The position numbers and the translations under genes are program-made. The notes below the pieces were generated by a model. It searched no databases and had not been told where the DNA came from. It worked only from the letters and a program-made list of their open reading frames with translations. Below are positions 23,701 through 35,600 of a DNA stretch of 64,000 nucleotides, in pieces; the first letter of the stretch is position 1; each line of letters starts with the position of its first letter. This DNA is from Stegostoma tigrinum (Eukaryota): contig NC_081387.1 in NCBI RefSeq assembly GCF_030684315.1, positions 21,756,647 through 21,820,646 of the forward strand. The letters run 5' to 3'.

Positions 23701-25055
23701 CAAGTCCAACCTCTTTAATATTAAATTTCTTTTTGCTTCTCAGTTACGCACTTGATCACTTAATATTTCAAGATTTCCCATATTTTTATGTGAAGTAGGA
23801 TGCAAGCTAATTATTTTCAGTATAATTGTTATATCAGTATTAATGTTAAATCTGTTTTTCTGTCTTTCCACAGACGTTCCTGGACTTGTTCAGCTTCTCC
23901 AGCCTTTTATATTTTTACGTCAACTTTCCGTCATTTGCATATTTTGCTTTAAAGCGTTTGGTTTCTCTGCTGTACAGTTACCCTGTCTCACAACTCTTTG
24001 AGGCCCACATCTGTCCTTGCTAATCTTTTCCCTTTGACATATTGAGTGAAGTTTTTACACTTCACGTTGACATTCCTCACTAGGTTGCACTCATATTCTC
24101 TTTTCAATTTCATTATTAGTTTATTGGCCCTCCTTTGCTAGGTCCTAAACTGTTTCCAGGTATCAGATTTATCACTATTTCTGACCACTTTTGTAAGGGC
24201 TGTTGTGGTGCAGTATCCTTTCTCTGACCAGGAGACTGGGGTTCAAGTTTCACTTACCTCAGACGTGTGTTAAACAGGTTAATTTGGAAAAATATCTCTG
24301 AACAACTGTTATCTCTTGTGGTTGATTAACCTATCCCTTTGGGTATTTGTGCCTGAGAAATTGTGTATCTGTTGTAGGTCTTGCAATATTCTTTTAAAAA
24401 ATTGCTAGCCATTGCTGACTAGAATCAAATCTTTGTGTCTTTTCCCCAATCTGCTACACCCAACTTGTCCCCTGTGACCTCATATTTTATATTGCTCAGT
24501 TTTACAACGCTGGCTTCAATATGAAATATCTCACATTCAAACCTCTTGTAAAATTTTATGGTTATTTTACCTGCACCTTTCATTTACAGCAAGGTTATAA
24601 ATCAACCCTTTCTCATTATACAACTGAGTTAACTCAGTTTGTACTCAAATTGTGGCCACCCATTGTTATCCATATTACATACTTCTAATTTCCTGATTTA
24701 TAACTTGCCTAATATTAGTAGTACAATTTGATGTTCTATAAACAACTCCCACCAATATTTCCTTCCTCTTGCTGTTTCTCAGCTACACCCAAATGGATTT
24801 TACATCTTGACCTTTGATCTCAGATTGTCTGTTTCTTAAGTACCGAAGTCATTCTTTCATAGGAGGCTCTACCCCCTGTTACCATTTTGTCTGTTCCTCC
24901 TAAATATAGAATATCTTTGAGACTGGGAACTGGACATCAAATCACCTTATAGCTGTGCCTCAGTATCTCAACTTGTACATTCAAAACAACATCCTATTTG
25001 CAAAAGACATCAGCATTCAGATTCAGAGTGATTATCCAGCCTTTCTAATATTATT

Positions 25056-25189
25056 TCTTATTTCTGATGAAGGATCTAGGCCCGAAACATCAGCTTTTCC
25101 GCTCCTAGGATGCTGCTTGGGCTGCTGTGTTCATCCAGCTCTACACTTTGTTGTCTTGGATTCTCCGGAATCTGCAGTTCCTATTATCT
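25056..25189 (+). mobile_element. Solo PLE family 1 3' end with hammerhead core; 15-bp TSD
   Basis: CTGATGAAGGATCTAGGCCCGAAACATCAG at 25064; TSD CTTTCTAATATTATT at 25041-25055 and 25190-25204. Confidence 0.85.
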
Positions 25190-26934
25190 CTTTCTAATAT
25201 TATTCTTCATTTTGACCCTACTTGATGTTTGCCATTGATTCATCTTCAGTTTCTTGCTAACTGCTATTCTACTTCCCTTTACCAGTTTTACTTCCATCCA
25301 ATCTGAGCTCCCTTTTGGGTTTCCTTTCCCTGTCAATCTCGACTAAACCCTCCCCAACAGCACTCTCTGTGAAGATGAAAGTCCTGCCAAGATGTAACTT
25401 GTCCATCTCGTATCAGCCTCAACTGCCTCAGAATAGGCCACAGTGTCTCAGAAATCTGATACTGTCCCTCCTACATCCTCCTTGTAAATTTGTAAACTGT
25501 TCTAACAAACACTTATTGCTGCTAAGATTTGATCAACCATGATACAATGACTCAATGTTACTTTTCTATGCTAATGAGTGTGTGGAACTTTGGGATGGAG
25601 GGAGATGGGCTAATGCTTTGGTGGTACACCTTCTTAAATCCTCTCCTAGTTCTTTCAAATCTGCTTACATGAGTCCATCCCCTGTCCTTACTAAGAAATT
25701 GAGCATATCCTGTGGCTGTTCACTTTCTCCTTGAGGAATGTATTCAATAACCTCCTTGACCCTGGCACCACAGGGGCAACATACCATTGTGGACTCACAC
25801 TTACTACTTGTTCCCCTAAGTGAAGAATTCCCTATCAGTTCTGCTTTTCCACACTTCTTTCCCCACAGTGGAGAAGGTGCAGCTGAACCACCAGTGGTGT
25901 TACTGAGTTGACTCTGACTACATTCTCCTGAGGAATTATCGCCCACGCTACCCACAGCGAAAACCTAATCTGTGAGCGACATGGTAGCTGGAATCTCTGG
26001 CGTTACTTGACCAGTTCTCTTGAAATGCCCAGCAGCCACTCATTCCCAAGCTGCCTGCATGCCACTGTTTTGTTGTGCAACCACTTCCCTAAAAATGTTA
26101 ACTATGCCATCCTGCACCTTGTAGATGCATAACAATGACTTCAGCCACCTCTCGATGTCTGAAACCCAGGTGTGGAACCCATGAAACTTCCTGCATTCTG
26201 CAGATACGTTCATCTAAGACACGTGGTGGGTCCAGGGCTAATCCCATACCACAGTCTATACATTCCACTTGACGGAGCTGCCTTGCCAAATCTTAACTGC
26301 AAGAAGTGTTCATTACAGCAGAACAGTTTACAAGTTTCTCATGAATACTGCTCCTCCATTGCACCAAAGGAAGATATAAATACTGGATGGCGAAGAAAAT
26401 AGGTTTTAAAAATGGTGAAAAGAATCTCACTGTTCCACCCCCTCAAACACACACTGCTTAAAACTTACACTCCATTTGAAAAATACATGATGACCCCTGT
26501 GTTTACAGATATTTCTAATCAATTTGTTGAAGCATCTTATGGCACACACCCAGGGTAGGTGGGACTTGAACCTGGGCCTCTTATCTCAGAGGTAGGGGTA
26601 CCACCACTGTATCATACTGCTTTGAGATAGACTGCAGTGACCAGACTCTCTATTTTTTCTAATCGGCTATTCTGCAATACAGCTTGTTTACCATGCTTTG
26701 GGCTCACTATCTCACATGATCTCACTTTAGTTCTTAGGCTGTAAAATGCAAGATACAGGCTACACATTTAAAAAGCTACTGATACTTAATGTGCCAGTGA
26801 GCAAACTTATTTTTCTCAAGATCTCCACTTTGGAGTTGGAATAGATGAATTTAGAGGAAACAAAAGGATGAATGAGGGTTTCAGAAATAGATGAGCTAGG
26901 ACGGGCCAGAATCCGGGCACTGTTACAGAGGTGG

Positions 26935-27235
26935 AAAGTTTGATTCCACCCTTGGGTGACTAACTCTGTGGAGTTTGTATGTTCTCCCCATGTCTGCGTG
27001 GGCTTCCACGGGGTGCTCCGGTTTCCTCCCACAGTCCAAAGATATACAGACTAGGTGGATTGGCTATGCTAAATTGTCCATAGTGTTCAGTGATGTGTAG
27101 ATTAGGTGTGTTAGCCATGGGAAATGCAGGGTTACAGGGAAAACGTAGAGGGATAGGTCTGGGTGGGATGCTGTTTGGAGGTTGATCTGGACTTGTTGGG
27201 CCAAAGAGCCTGTTTCCACACTGTAGGGATTCTAC
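26935..27235 (+). mobile_element. HE1-like SINE (5' truncated)
   Basis: Same core and tail as the other copies. Confidence 0.75.
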
Positions 27236-27514
27236 AATGATTAGATCACACTTGCAAAGAGGCTCGGTGGAAGATTCTCTGCCTGAAAATTATTGGTCTT
27301 CTGGAACAAGGAATTGACCTCGACTGAGTGCTACAGATGCGCACATTCCACTGTCAAGGAGTATGTGCTGAGGGATTCACTAAACCTTGGGGCAGCTGCC
27401 ACCAAGGTGCACTGGTGAAAGATTACTATCTAAGGTCTTCCTGCTAAAGGTAAATATGGGTCCATTCAGTTATTGGACACTGCCAGTGCCTCACATTCAT
27501 GTAAATATATCAGA

Positions 27515-29200
27515 GATAATGGGAACTGCTGATGCTGGAGAATCCCAGATAACAAAAGGTGGAGCTGGATGAACACAGCAGGCCAAGCAGCATCTTAGGA
27601 GCACAAAAGCCTAGATACTTCATCAGAAAAGGGAGAGGGGGAGAGGGTTCTGAAATCAATAGGGAGACAGGGGGAGGTGGATTGAAGATGGATAGAGGAG
27701 AAGCTAGGTGGAGAGGAGACAGACAACTTAAAGAGGTGGGAATGGAGCCAGTGCAGGTGAGTGTAGGTAGGGAGGGGATAGGTCAGTACAGGGAGGACGG
27801 ACAGGTCAAGGGGGCAGAATGGGGTTAGTAGGTAGGAAATGGGGCTGTGGCTTGAGGTAGGAGGTGGGGATAGGTGAGAGGAAGAACAGGTTAGGGAGGC
27901 GGGGACGAGGTGGGCTGGTTTTGGGATGCAGTGTGGGGAGGGGAGATTTTGAAGCTTGTGAAATCCACTTTGATAGCATTAGGCTGCAGGGTTCCCAAGC
28001 GGAATATGAGTTGCTGTTCCTGCAGCCTTCAGGTGGCATCGTTGTGGCACTGCAGGAGGCCCAGGATGCACATGTCATCGGAAGAGTGGGAGGGGGAGTT
28101 GAAATGGTTCATGACTGGGAGATGCAGTTGTTTACTGCGAACTGAGTGGAGGTGTTCTGCAAAGTGGACCCCAAGCCTCCGATTGGCTTCCCCGATGTAG
28201 TAGAAGCCACAACAGGTACCGCAAATGCAGTCTACCAAACTGACAGATGTGCAGGTGAACATCTGCTTGACATAGAAAGTCTTTTCATCTCCTGGGATGG
28301 GGCTGAGGGAGGAGGTGTGGGGGCAAGTGTAGCACTTCCTGCAGTTGCAGGGGAAAGTGCCGGGTGTGGTGGGATTGGAGGTGAGTGTGGAGCGGATAAG
28401 GGAGTCACTGAAAGAGTGGTCCCTCCGAAGGCAGACAAGAGTGGGGATGGAAAAATGTCTTTGGTGGTGGGGTCGGACTGTAGATGGCGGAAGTGTTGGA
28501 GGAAGATGCATTGTATCCGGAGGTTGGTGGGGTGGTATGTGAGGACAAGGGGGATTCTCTTTTGGTTGTTATTGTGAGGACGGGGTGTGAGTGATGCGTT
28601 GTGGGAAATGCAGGAGATGCTGTCGAGGGCGTTCTCGACTACTCCGGGGGGAAGTTGCGGTCCTTGAAAAACAATTACATCTGAGATGTAGGGAGTGGAA
28701 TGCCTCATCCTGGGAGCAGATGCGGTGGAGGCGAAGTAATTGGGAATATGGAATGGAATTTTTTCAGGAAGGGGGGGCCGTGCGGGGTTGGGGAACAATG
28801 AGTTTGGAGGCTGTGGGTGGGAGGTCACCCGAGGTGATGAGGTTGTGGATGGTTTGGGAGAGGGTGGTTTGGTGCTTGGGGGTGGGGTCATGATCCAGGG
28901 AGCGGTAGGAGGAGGTGTCGGAGAGTTGGTGATGTAGAGGTCAGTGTGCCATACTACTACTGCGCCTCCCTCGTCTGTGGGTTTGATGGTGAGGTTGGGG
29001 TTGGAGCGGAGGGCTGCACATTCTGTAGGGGAGAGGTTGGAGTGGGTGAGAGGGGTGGAGAGGTTGAGGCGATAGATGTCCCAACGGCAGTTGGAGATGA
29101 AGAGGTCGAGGGAGGGTAGGTGGCCTTGGGGTGGTGTCCAGGAGGAGGACTTGTGTTGGAGGTGGGTGAAGGGGTCAGTGGAGGGATGGTTAGGCTCACG
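27515..29200 (-). mobile_element. Degraded Penelope-like element: pre-RT region, internal deletion of the RT core, GIY-YIG endonuclease, 3' end
   Basis: ORF 28029..28511(-) GTFPCNCRKCYTC..FTCTS..YYIGEANRRLGVHFAEH..HFN is a PLE GIY-YIG domain; 28777-29190 is homologous to about 149-570; 27515-27630 is the family 1 3' end. Confidence 0.9.
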
Positions 29201-29356
29201 GTTAGAGAAGTAAGGGTGGAGGCCGAGGCGGCTGTAGGCGGGTATATAAATATAGTCTGGTTCAAGTAAGAGATGCCTTGGATTTGTTTGGTTACAGTCA
29301 AACTCTTATTTGTTTTCCTGATATGCTAAGGACTGAACTGTGTGAAAGACATAGTC

Positions 29357-29590
29357 GGAACTGCAGATGCTGGAGAATTGAGATAACAAGGTGTAGAGCT
29401 GGATGAACACGGCAGGCCAAGCAGCATGAGAGGAGCAGGAAGGCTGACGCTTAAAGGGTCCAGATGCTTCTTCAAAAAGGTAAAGGTCTTCATTTTCTGA
29501 AGAAGGTTCTAGACTCTAAACGTCAGCTTTTCTGCTCCTCTGATGCTGCTTGGCCTGCTGTGTTCATCCAGCTCTCCACCTTGTTATCTC
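29357..29590. mobile_element. Older hairpin PLE 3'-end insertion with two degenerate hammerhead cores
   Basis: Inverted arms about 29380-29473 and 29498-29590; CTGAAGAAGGTTCTAGACTCTAAACGTC. Confidence 0.8.
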
Positions 29591-29699
29591 TTGTGTATAT
29601 ATGTGAATAAAGTACATATTTGAAATTAAAACCCACGCAATGGGCTGAACGGCCCCCTTGAGTTGACTGTGAGGTTGTACTGGAGTAGATAATGTTAGT

Positions 29700-30145
29700 G
29701 GTTGGTTTGTCGCGCAGAATGACGCTAACAGCGTTGGTTCATTTCCCACAACAGCACGAAGGATTTTCCTGTGAACTTTTCCGCCACCTGAGCCTCGGTG
29801 ACCGTTAGCTAAAGCTCTCAATAGTCGTCTCTCTGAGAAGAAAGCAGCTCCGAGGTGTGGTAGAACTACGATGACTTTATACAGTAGCGAAATTTTGTAT
29901 CGAACAGGCGTGTTGAGAATAATTTCTCTGAGTGGGTGGGGGAGGGCGCAAATTCAGAGGCGGGGCGAGGTGAGGGATTTGAACCTCTGATCTCTTGAGT
30001 TTAGGTTCCGCCTCCCAGCGGATGTTTAAAAGTGGAACTACTGAATATTTCGCTGGCCCTCGCCTTGGCCCGTCGATTTTCTGCTCAAAAGTAAAGAAAT
30101 CTGTTGCAAGTAAGAGAGAAAGGAAGGCAATTGATGCAGCAGCTG
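29700..30145 (+). promoter_or_regulatory. Putative CpG-rich promoter and non-coding first exon of gene B
   Basis: Local CpG enrichment about 29640-30650, GC boxes (GGGGGAGGGCG, GGCGGGGCG), kB-like AGGATTTTCC at 29760, strong donor CTG|GTGAGT at 30145/30146; the leader exon at 32548 starts with an acceptor and so needs an upstream exon. Confidence 0.55.
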
Positions 30146-30812
30146 GTGAGTAAGTTGTAACATTAACAAGGGGTTACGAGGGCTCAAGACCGTCTTCGAC
30201 ACAGGCGCCTTTGTCGCCCCACCCAGTCCAGAAGCTATCGGGCTACATCACTCCGTCTATATTTAACTCAACCTTGCCCCGAAAGCCAAAACAGCTTTCA
30301 GACTAGTTGATTAAAAAGGCCTGAGATTCTCAATTCCCTGGTCCTAATTCCAAAACGGGAAACACAAAAAAAGGACTTGCATTTCTCCAACGCCGGCAAA
30401 TTTCCCAAAGCGCTTTACAATCCATGAAGTGTTGGCGTGTAGCTCGCTATAATGTAAAACAGCAGACATATATCTCCCAATAAATACAAGATCACCCGTC
30501 TTCGGTGATGTTGGACCTCAGCGATGAATATTAGCCGACGACGTTGGCCAAAAAGTCTGTCACGTTGCCCCCTCTGGGCGTGAGTGGGCAGCGAACGAGG
30601 TTCAAAAACAGCAGCGCATCTGGACCCAAGCCAGTGGAATTCGCTCTCTTCAGCGCATTCATTATTCTGTTGCTCCTCACTTGCAAAAAGTCACTTTCCT
30701 CTTGAGGCCATTAACCTACGTTATTTTAGAATCCGCTCCCTTTTCAAATCGTTTCCTGCCCCTCTCTGCCAACCCCACAATCTATCGAGATATCTACAAT
30801 TCTGGCCTGAAT

Positions 30813-31092
30813 AGAATCCCTATATAGTGTGGAAACAGGTCCCTTCAGCCTGACAAGTCTACACTGACCCTCAGAGCATCCAGCCAGACCAACCCAAAAA
30901 CCCACATTACCTACACGCAATTTACTGCAGCCTGCTCATCTTTGGATTCTGGGAGGAAACCAGAACACCCAGAGGGTGCCCACACAGGCACATGGAGAAC
31001 ATGCAAACTCCACACAGTCACCTGAGGTTGGAATCGAACCCGGGTCTCTTGCGCTGTGAGGCTGCAGTGCTAATTGCCGATCCACTGTGCTG
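30813..31092 (-). mobile_element. HE1-like SINE
   Basis: Reverse strand has B box CCCGGGTTCGATTCC; same family as other copies. Confidence 0.75.
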
Positions 31093-31689
31093 TGCCTGCA
31101 GAATATTCCTGATTTTAATCAGTTAAGTTTACAGTCTCGGGGGAAGACCATTCAGCCTATCATGCCAATACTTGTGGATAAGGAGGCATCTATACTATTG
31201 TGCCTTCCTGGCCTTTGACTGTGCGCCACTGCAATACAAGTGGGTGTCTGAATATTTTTGAGTGTGATGAAGGTTTCTGCCTCCACCAGTGAGTTCCAGT
31301 ACAACTGGAATTGTGGATACAAATTACATTCTGGATGCAAATGTCTTCCCTTAAATCCTGCCAACCCCCCTCCCAAATTCTCCTGTCTCTCATCCTAAAT
31401 CTGTGCCCCCAGTTATGGATCCTCACTCATGGGGTGATGTTTTTCAAATCCACTCAATTTAAACTCCTCATTATTATACACAGCAACCAAATCTGCCCCC
31501 AGACTCCTTTGTCCCAAAGTAAATGGCTCCAACAGGCCCACACTTCCTCATTGTGAAAATTCTTCAATTTAGGCAATGTGCTCATAAATCTCCTCTATCC
31601 CTTTTCTACTGTTATCACATCTTCCCTTTTTGTGGTGTCTGGAACTGTAGACAGTGCTGTGTCTAACTGGTGTTTTATACTCGGATAGT

Positions 31690-32195
31690 AAGAACTGCAG
31701 ATGCTGGAGTCAGAGATAACAGTGTAGAACTGGAGGAACGCTACAGGTCAGGCAGCATCAGAGGAGCAGCAAAGTTAACATTTCAGGTCAGGGCCCTTCT
31801 TGAGAAATGGGGAGGGGGAAGGAAAACTGGGAAATAAATAGAGAGGAGGGGTGGGGCTGGGGAAGGTAGGTGGGAGGGTGATATGTGAGTGCAGGTAGAC
31901 AGTGGTGGGGATTGGTCGGTGAGGTGAATAGGTGGGAGAGATGATGGTTAGGTTGTATCAGGTCAAGGAGGTGGGGTTGAGAGGGAGGATTGAACGTGGG
32001 ATGAGGCCAGGGCTGGGGAGATTTTAAGCTGGTGAATTCCATGTTTAGGCTATCGGACTGTAGGCCCCTGAGGCGGAATATGAGCTGCTCCACTGTGTAG
32101 GCGGTGTCACGGTGACACTGCAGGTGGCCCAGGATGGACACATCACCCAAGGAGTGGGAGCGGGAGCTAAAATGGTTTGCGACCAGAAGGTGTTG
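31690..32195 (-). mobile_element. Older PLE 3' fragment (GIY-YIG C-terminus and 3'UTR)
   Basis: ORF 31788..32150(-) VSILGHLQC..EQLIFRLRGLQSDSLNMEF; homologous to 27520-28130. Confidence 0.8.
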
Positions 32196-32594
32196 TCATT
32201 TTAGAACTGCCTGTCTGATATAAGCTCAACTTCAGCTAAGAACAGCAAGTATCCCGTGCAAATTCTCGGCTGGGTCTTCAGCTGCCTAGGTCCTCAGCTC
32301 AGGAATTTCTTCCCTGAACCACACTACCTCATTTTTTTCCCCTTTAGAAGATTCCTTTCTTTTGTGGGGGACTGTGGCAATTTGACTTTTAATTCTTTGA
32401 TGAAGGTAGACTGGTGGATATTGTCTCTATGGACTTTGGTAAGGTGCTTGACAAGGTTCTGCATGGTAGACTGGTGAGAAAGTTTAGAACACATGAGTCT
32501 GTGAAGGAGTTTAATGTTGAATCTTGATGAAATCTCTTGTTTTTCAGGGCTGGCACGGACAGGCTTTGGGGCTTCGCTGAAAGTGTTTGGGAGC

Positions 32595-32652
32595 ATGGAG
32601 CATGGGGCCCTGTGTCTGATTCTCCTCCTGAGGATCCATTCTGCACTGGCAG
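32595..32652 (+). CDS. Gene B leader exon, signal peptide MEHGALCLILLLRIHSALA
   Basis: Acceptor ttttcag before 32548, donor G|gtaaga. Confidence 0.85.
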
Positions 32653-35600
32653 GTAAGACTACCTCAGTGCCTCACTTCATACTGACACACAAGCTCATCT
32701 TCAAACAAGCCAATTGCCTTCACTTATGATCACTGTAGACAACAAGAAACTTAAAAAGAGACTCTAATTTCTCAGCAAGCCTTATGAGGAATTGCACCAC
32801 GGGCTTTCACGTTTTAAGAGGTTTACTGCCAAAAACAGACTAAAATCAGCATTGACTAAACAGTTTGATGCAGTTCTGCCAACACAAGAGGTTCAATTCC
32901 AGCACGAACTGAGGTCAACATCAAGGTCCTGCCTTCTCATCTTTGCCCCTTACCTAAGGTGGAGTCATTCTCAGGTTTTATCCCTCTGCCCCCCTCTCCC
33001 CTTCTCTCCCTCTCTAGTGAGAGAGTGGATCTGTGGTCCTCGGGGACTATGAAATTTTACCTTTTACTTAGCTTCCAACTAATATGCTGAACTACAGAAT
33101 GTCACTGTCCCCTGATAACTTCCTCAGTCATGTTTCACGTTTGCAAAATGTTTTCCATGTGAAAGTCCTCAAGCTGTGCTGGCTTTAATAAGCTGTGTGC
33201 CGTGGATTCCCACGAGCATGTACTTACAGGGTGTCCCCCAGAAGTGAGTCAGTGTTTACAGTGGTCTCTGGGGACTGTGTTAATATTAAATGGGGGTGGC
33301 AGGTTCTAGGGAGTATGTCAGTACTTACATAGAGCGTCTATGGGGGCTGTGTCTGTATTTAAAAGGTGTCCTTGGATATCCATGTCTTACCCTGCAGTGC
33401 TGTCTCTCCCATCCTGCGTTCTAATCCCAGCAAAGCCTCTGAGACTGCTAGGAGATTGTTTTGAGAGTGTAGGATGTTAGTGTTGAAATCTCTTGTCTTT
33501 CAGTGCTTGCATAAATAGGCTTCACACTACAGTCTCTCAAGGCACCTTCTGGTTACTTGGTGGCCATTAACACCTCACAATCGTCAATTCTTTGATCCTG
33601 TTTTCTATCATCAATGGCCCTCTGTTTGGTGGTTAAAGCAGATCCAGTCCTGAACTACTGCCTGGCTCAGCAACACCAGCTGGTAGTCTCCTTTCTCTTA
33701 AGCCTCTGTCTGACTCAGTCTGAGGGTTTGGGAGTTGAGGCAGTAGCAAGGTAATGCTCCTTCTTCCATGTATTTATATATTAGAACTTGCAATTTTGAA
33801 ACAATGCTCACATTCCTTTGAACTGTGGATTTCAACCCACTGTTGTCGGGCTTAGAGACAAGAGGGAAAGCAACGGTAGATCATGATGTGGTGAAACATT
33901 CCAAGGGACTTCACAGGATGGGGCATTCCTTCACTGAGGGTTGTCAATGTTTGATTTTCCCAACAGGCAGTTAGAAACACTCAGTCCTTAAGTATATTCA
34001 AGACAGAAGATTTGTGGTCTCTTAGAGAATGCACGGATAGAACAGGATAGTGGAGTTGAGGTTTGAGGGACTGAATGACCTCCTCCTACTCCTATTTCTC
34101 TTTATCCCATGAGCTTTATCAGCCAGAATTTGAAACCAATCCCCAACAAGAAAGATAATCTAAAATCTCATCAAAGAGGTCGGGAATTTATGGAGCATCT
34201 TCAATGAGGAAAGAGAGAGGGCTGTGATGAGTGCTTTTATCATTTTTCAATGGACGTCTCAAATGTTAATTCTGATATCTCTGTGAACCTTCCCTGTGGC
34301 TGTAATATTGTATTCTGCGCTACACACTGCTACCCTGATGCTCTTTGCATGGTTAGATCTGCCTGTATAGCATGCAAAATAATGCTTTTCACTGTATCTC
34401 GGTACATGTGACAAGAAAAATCATTCCATCAATCATAGATTCCCCACGGGGAGAGAGGGGATTTCCAGGCTTTGGGCCTCAGTAGCTGAAGGTACGGCTG
34501 CTGACAATGGAAGGATGCAATTCTGGGAATGGGAAGAAACCAGAGTGCAGTGATTCTGGTGCATTGCAAACTGAATGCTACTGTTTTTCCCTACATTACA
34601 ACAGTGACTGCACTTGGAAAACCACTTTGTCAGCGGCAGAACCATTGGGATATGCTGAGGTCAAAAGAGGTGCTATGTCAATGCACATTATATTTAAAAA
34701 AAAACTGTGACAATGCTGTGGCTGTAAGAGGTGTGTTTTGTCCTCGCTTCATTTGCAGAGAGAGACTGACTGGCAGGGGAGGGGTGTGGCAGGTGCTGAG
34801 CAACTATGAGAAGATAAACAAGTTGTGAAGCCTCCAATACTTTTTAAAAGTTACAATGACAGAAACAGCCTGAGTTGGTGTGGTCAAGCTCCCACCCACT
34901 GGGCTAGGGATCTAAGATTTTGGTTTCCAGCAGCAATTTCAATTGGGGTCTTGAGGAAGTGGAAGCTATTTTCCCCCTCTCTCGATATAGCCAGAGACTG
35001 GATTTTCTCTTCCTGGGTTGCCGGATTGCATGTGAGCCAATTTTTTTTTTGTCTTTTACCAAGGATGTGTTTATGGGATGTCACTGTATTGGAACAGTTA
35101 ATTGGTAACAGTCATTGTATTTATTGTTCTACTAAGTTTTCCAACAGAGTTGTTATTCCAAGTCTTTCTTTCCTTTGAATTTTAACTGAAATGTTTGAGT
35201 AAATTGTGTTTTTTTTTGAATATTGATTAGTTTCACCAATCAAATGGTACCTGGAACACGGCACGGCACGCCACATTTGTCTTTAAAATAAGAAAACATT
35301 ATGCTCAAGGCTACCTTCTTTATATATTTAGAGGGAGCCTGGCCTGGTCTGTAACAAAACACAACATTTGTATTGCTTTGGCTTTTTTGAATGAGTGGTT
35401 TGACCACGTCTCCCTTCTCCCCAAATCTCTCCAGATGTGTTCCGAGTGACTGGCCCGGAAGCTCCAGTCATTGCTACGGTTGGTGGGGTGGCAGTGTTGG
35501 AATGCCAGCTGATACCAGACAAACCTTCAGTGGGCATGGAGATACAGTGGGTTCGCAGCGACTCGGAGCAGCACACACCCATCCACAGCTATATCGTTGG

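Larger units (their letters stand above)
22940..26290 (-). mobile_element. Old, heavily degraded CR1-type LINE including ORF1 (zinc finger and esterase remnants), interrupted by a SINE and PLE fragments
   Basis: VECIDCGM (26098..26289) and LIGNSSLRG..MVCCPCGARVKEV (25665..25955) resemble CR1 ORF1; ORF2-like remnants downstream on the - strand. Confidence 0.55.
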
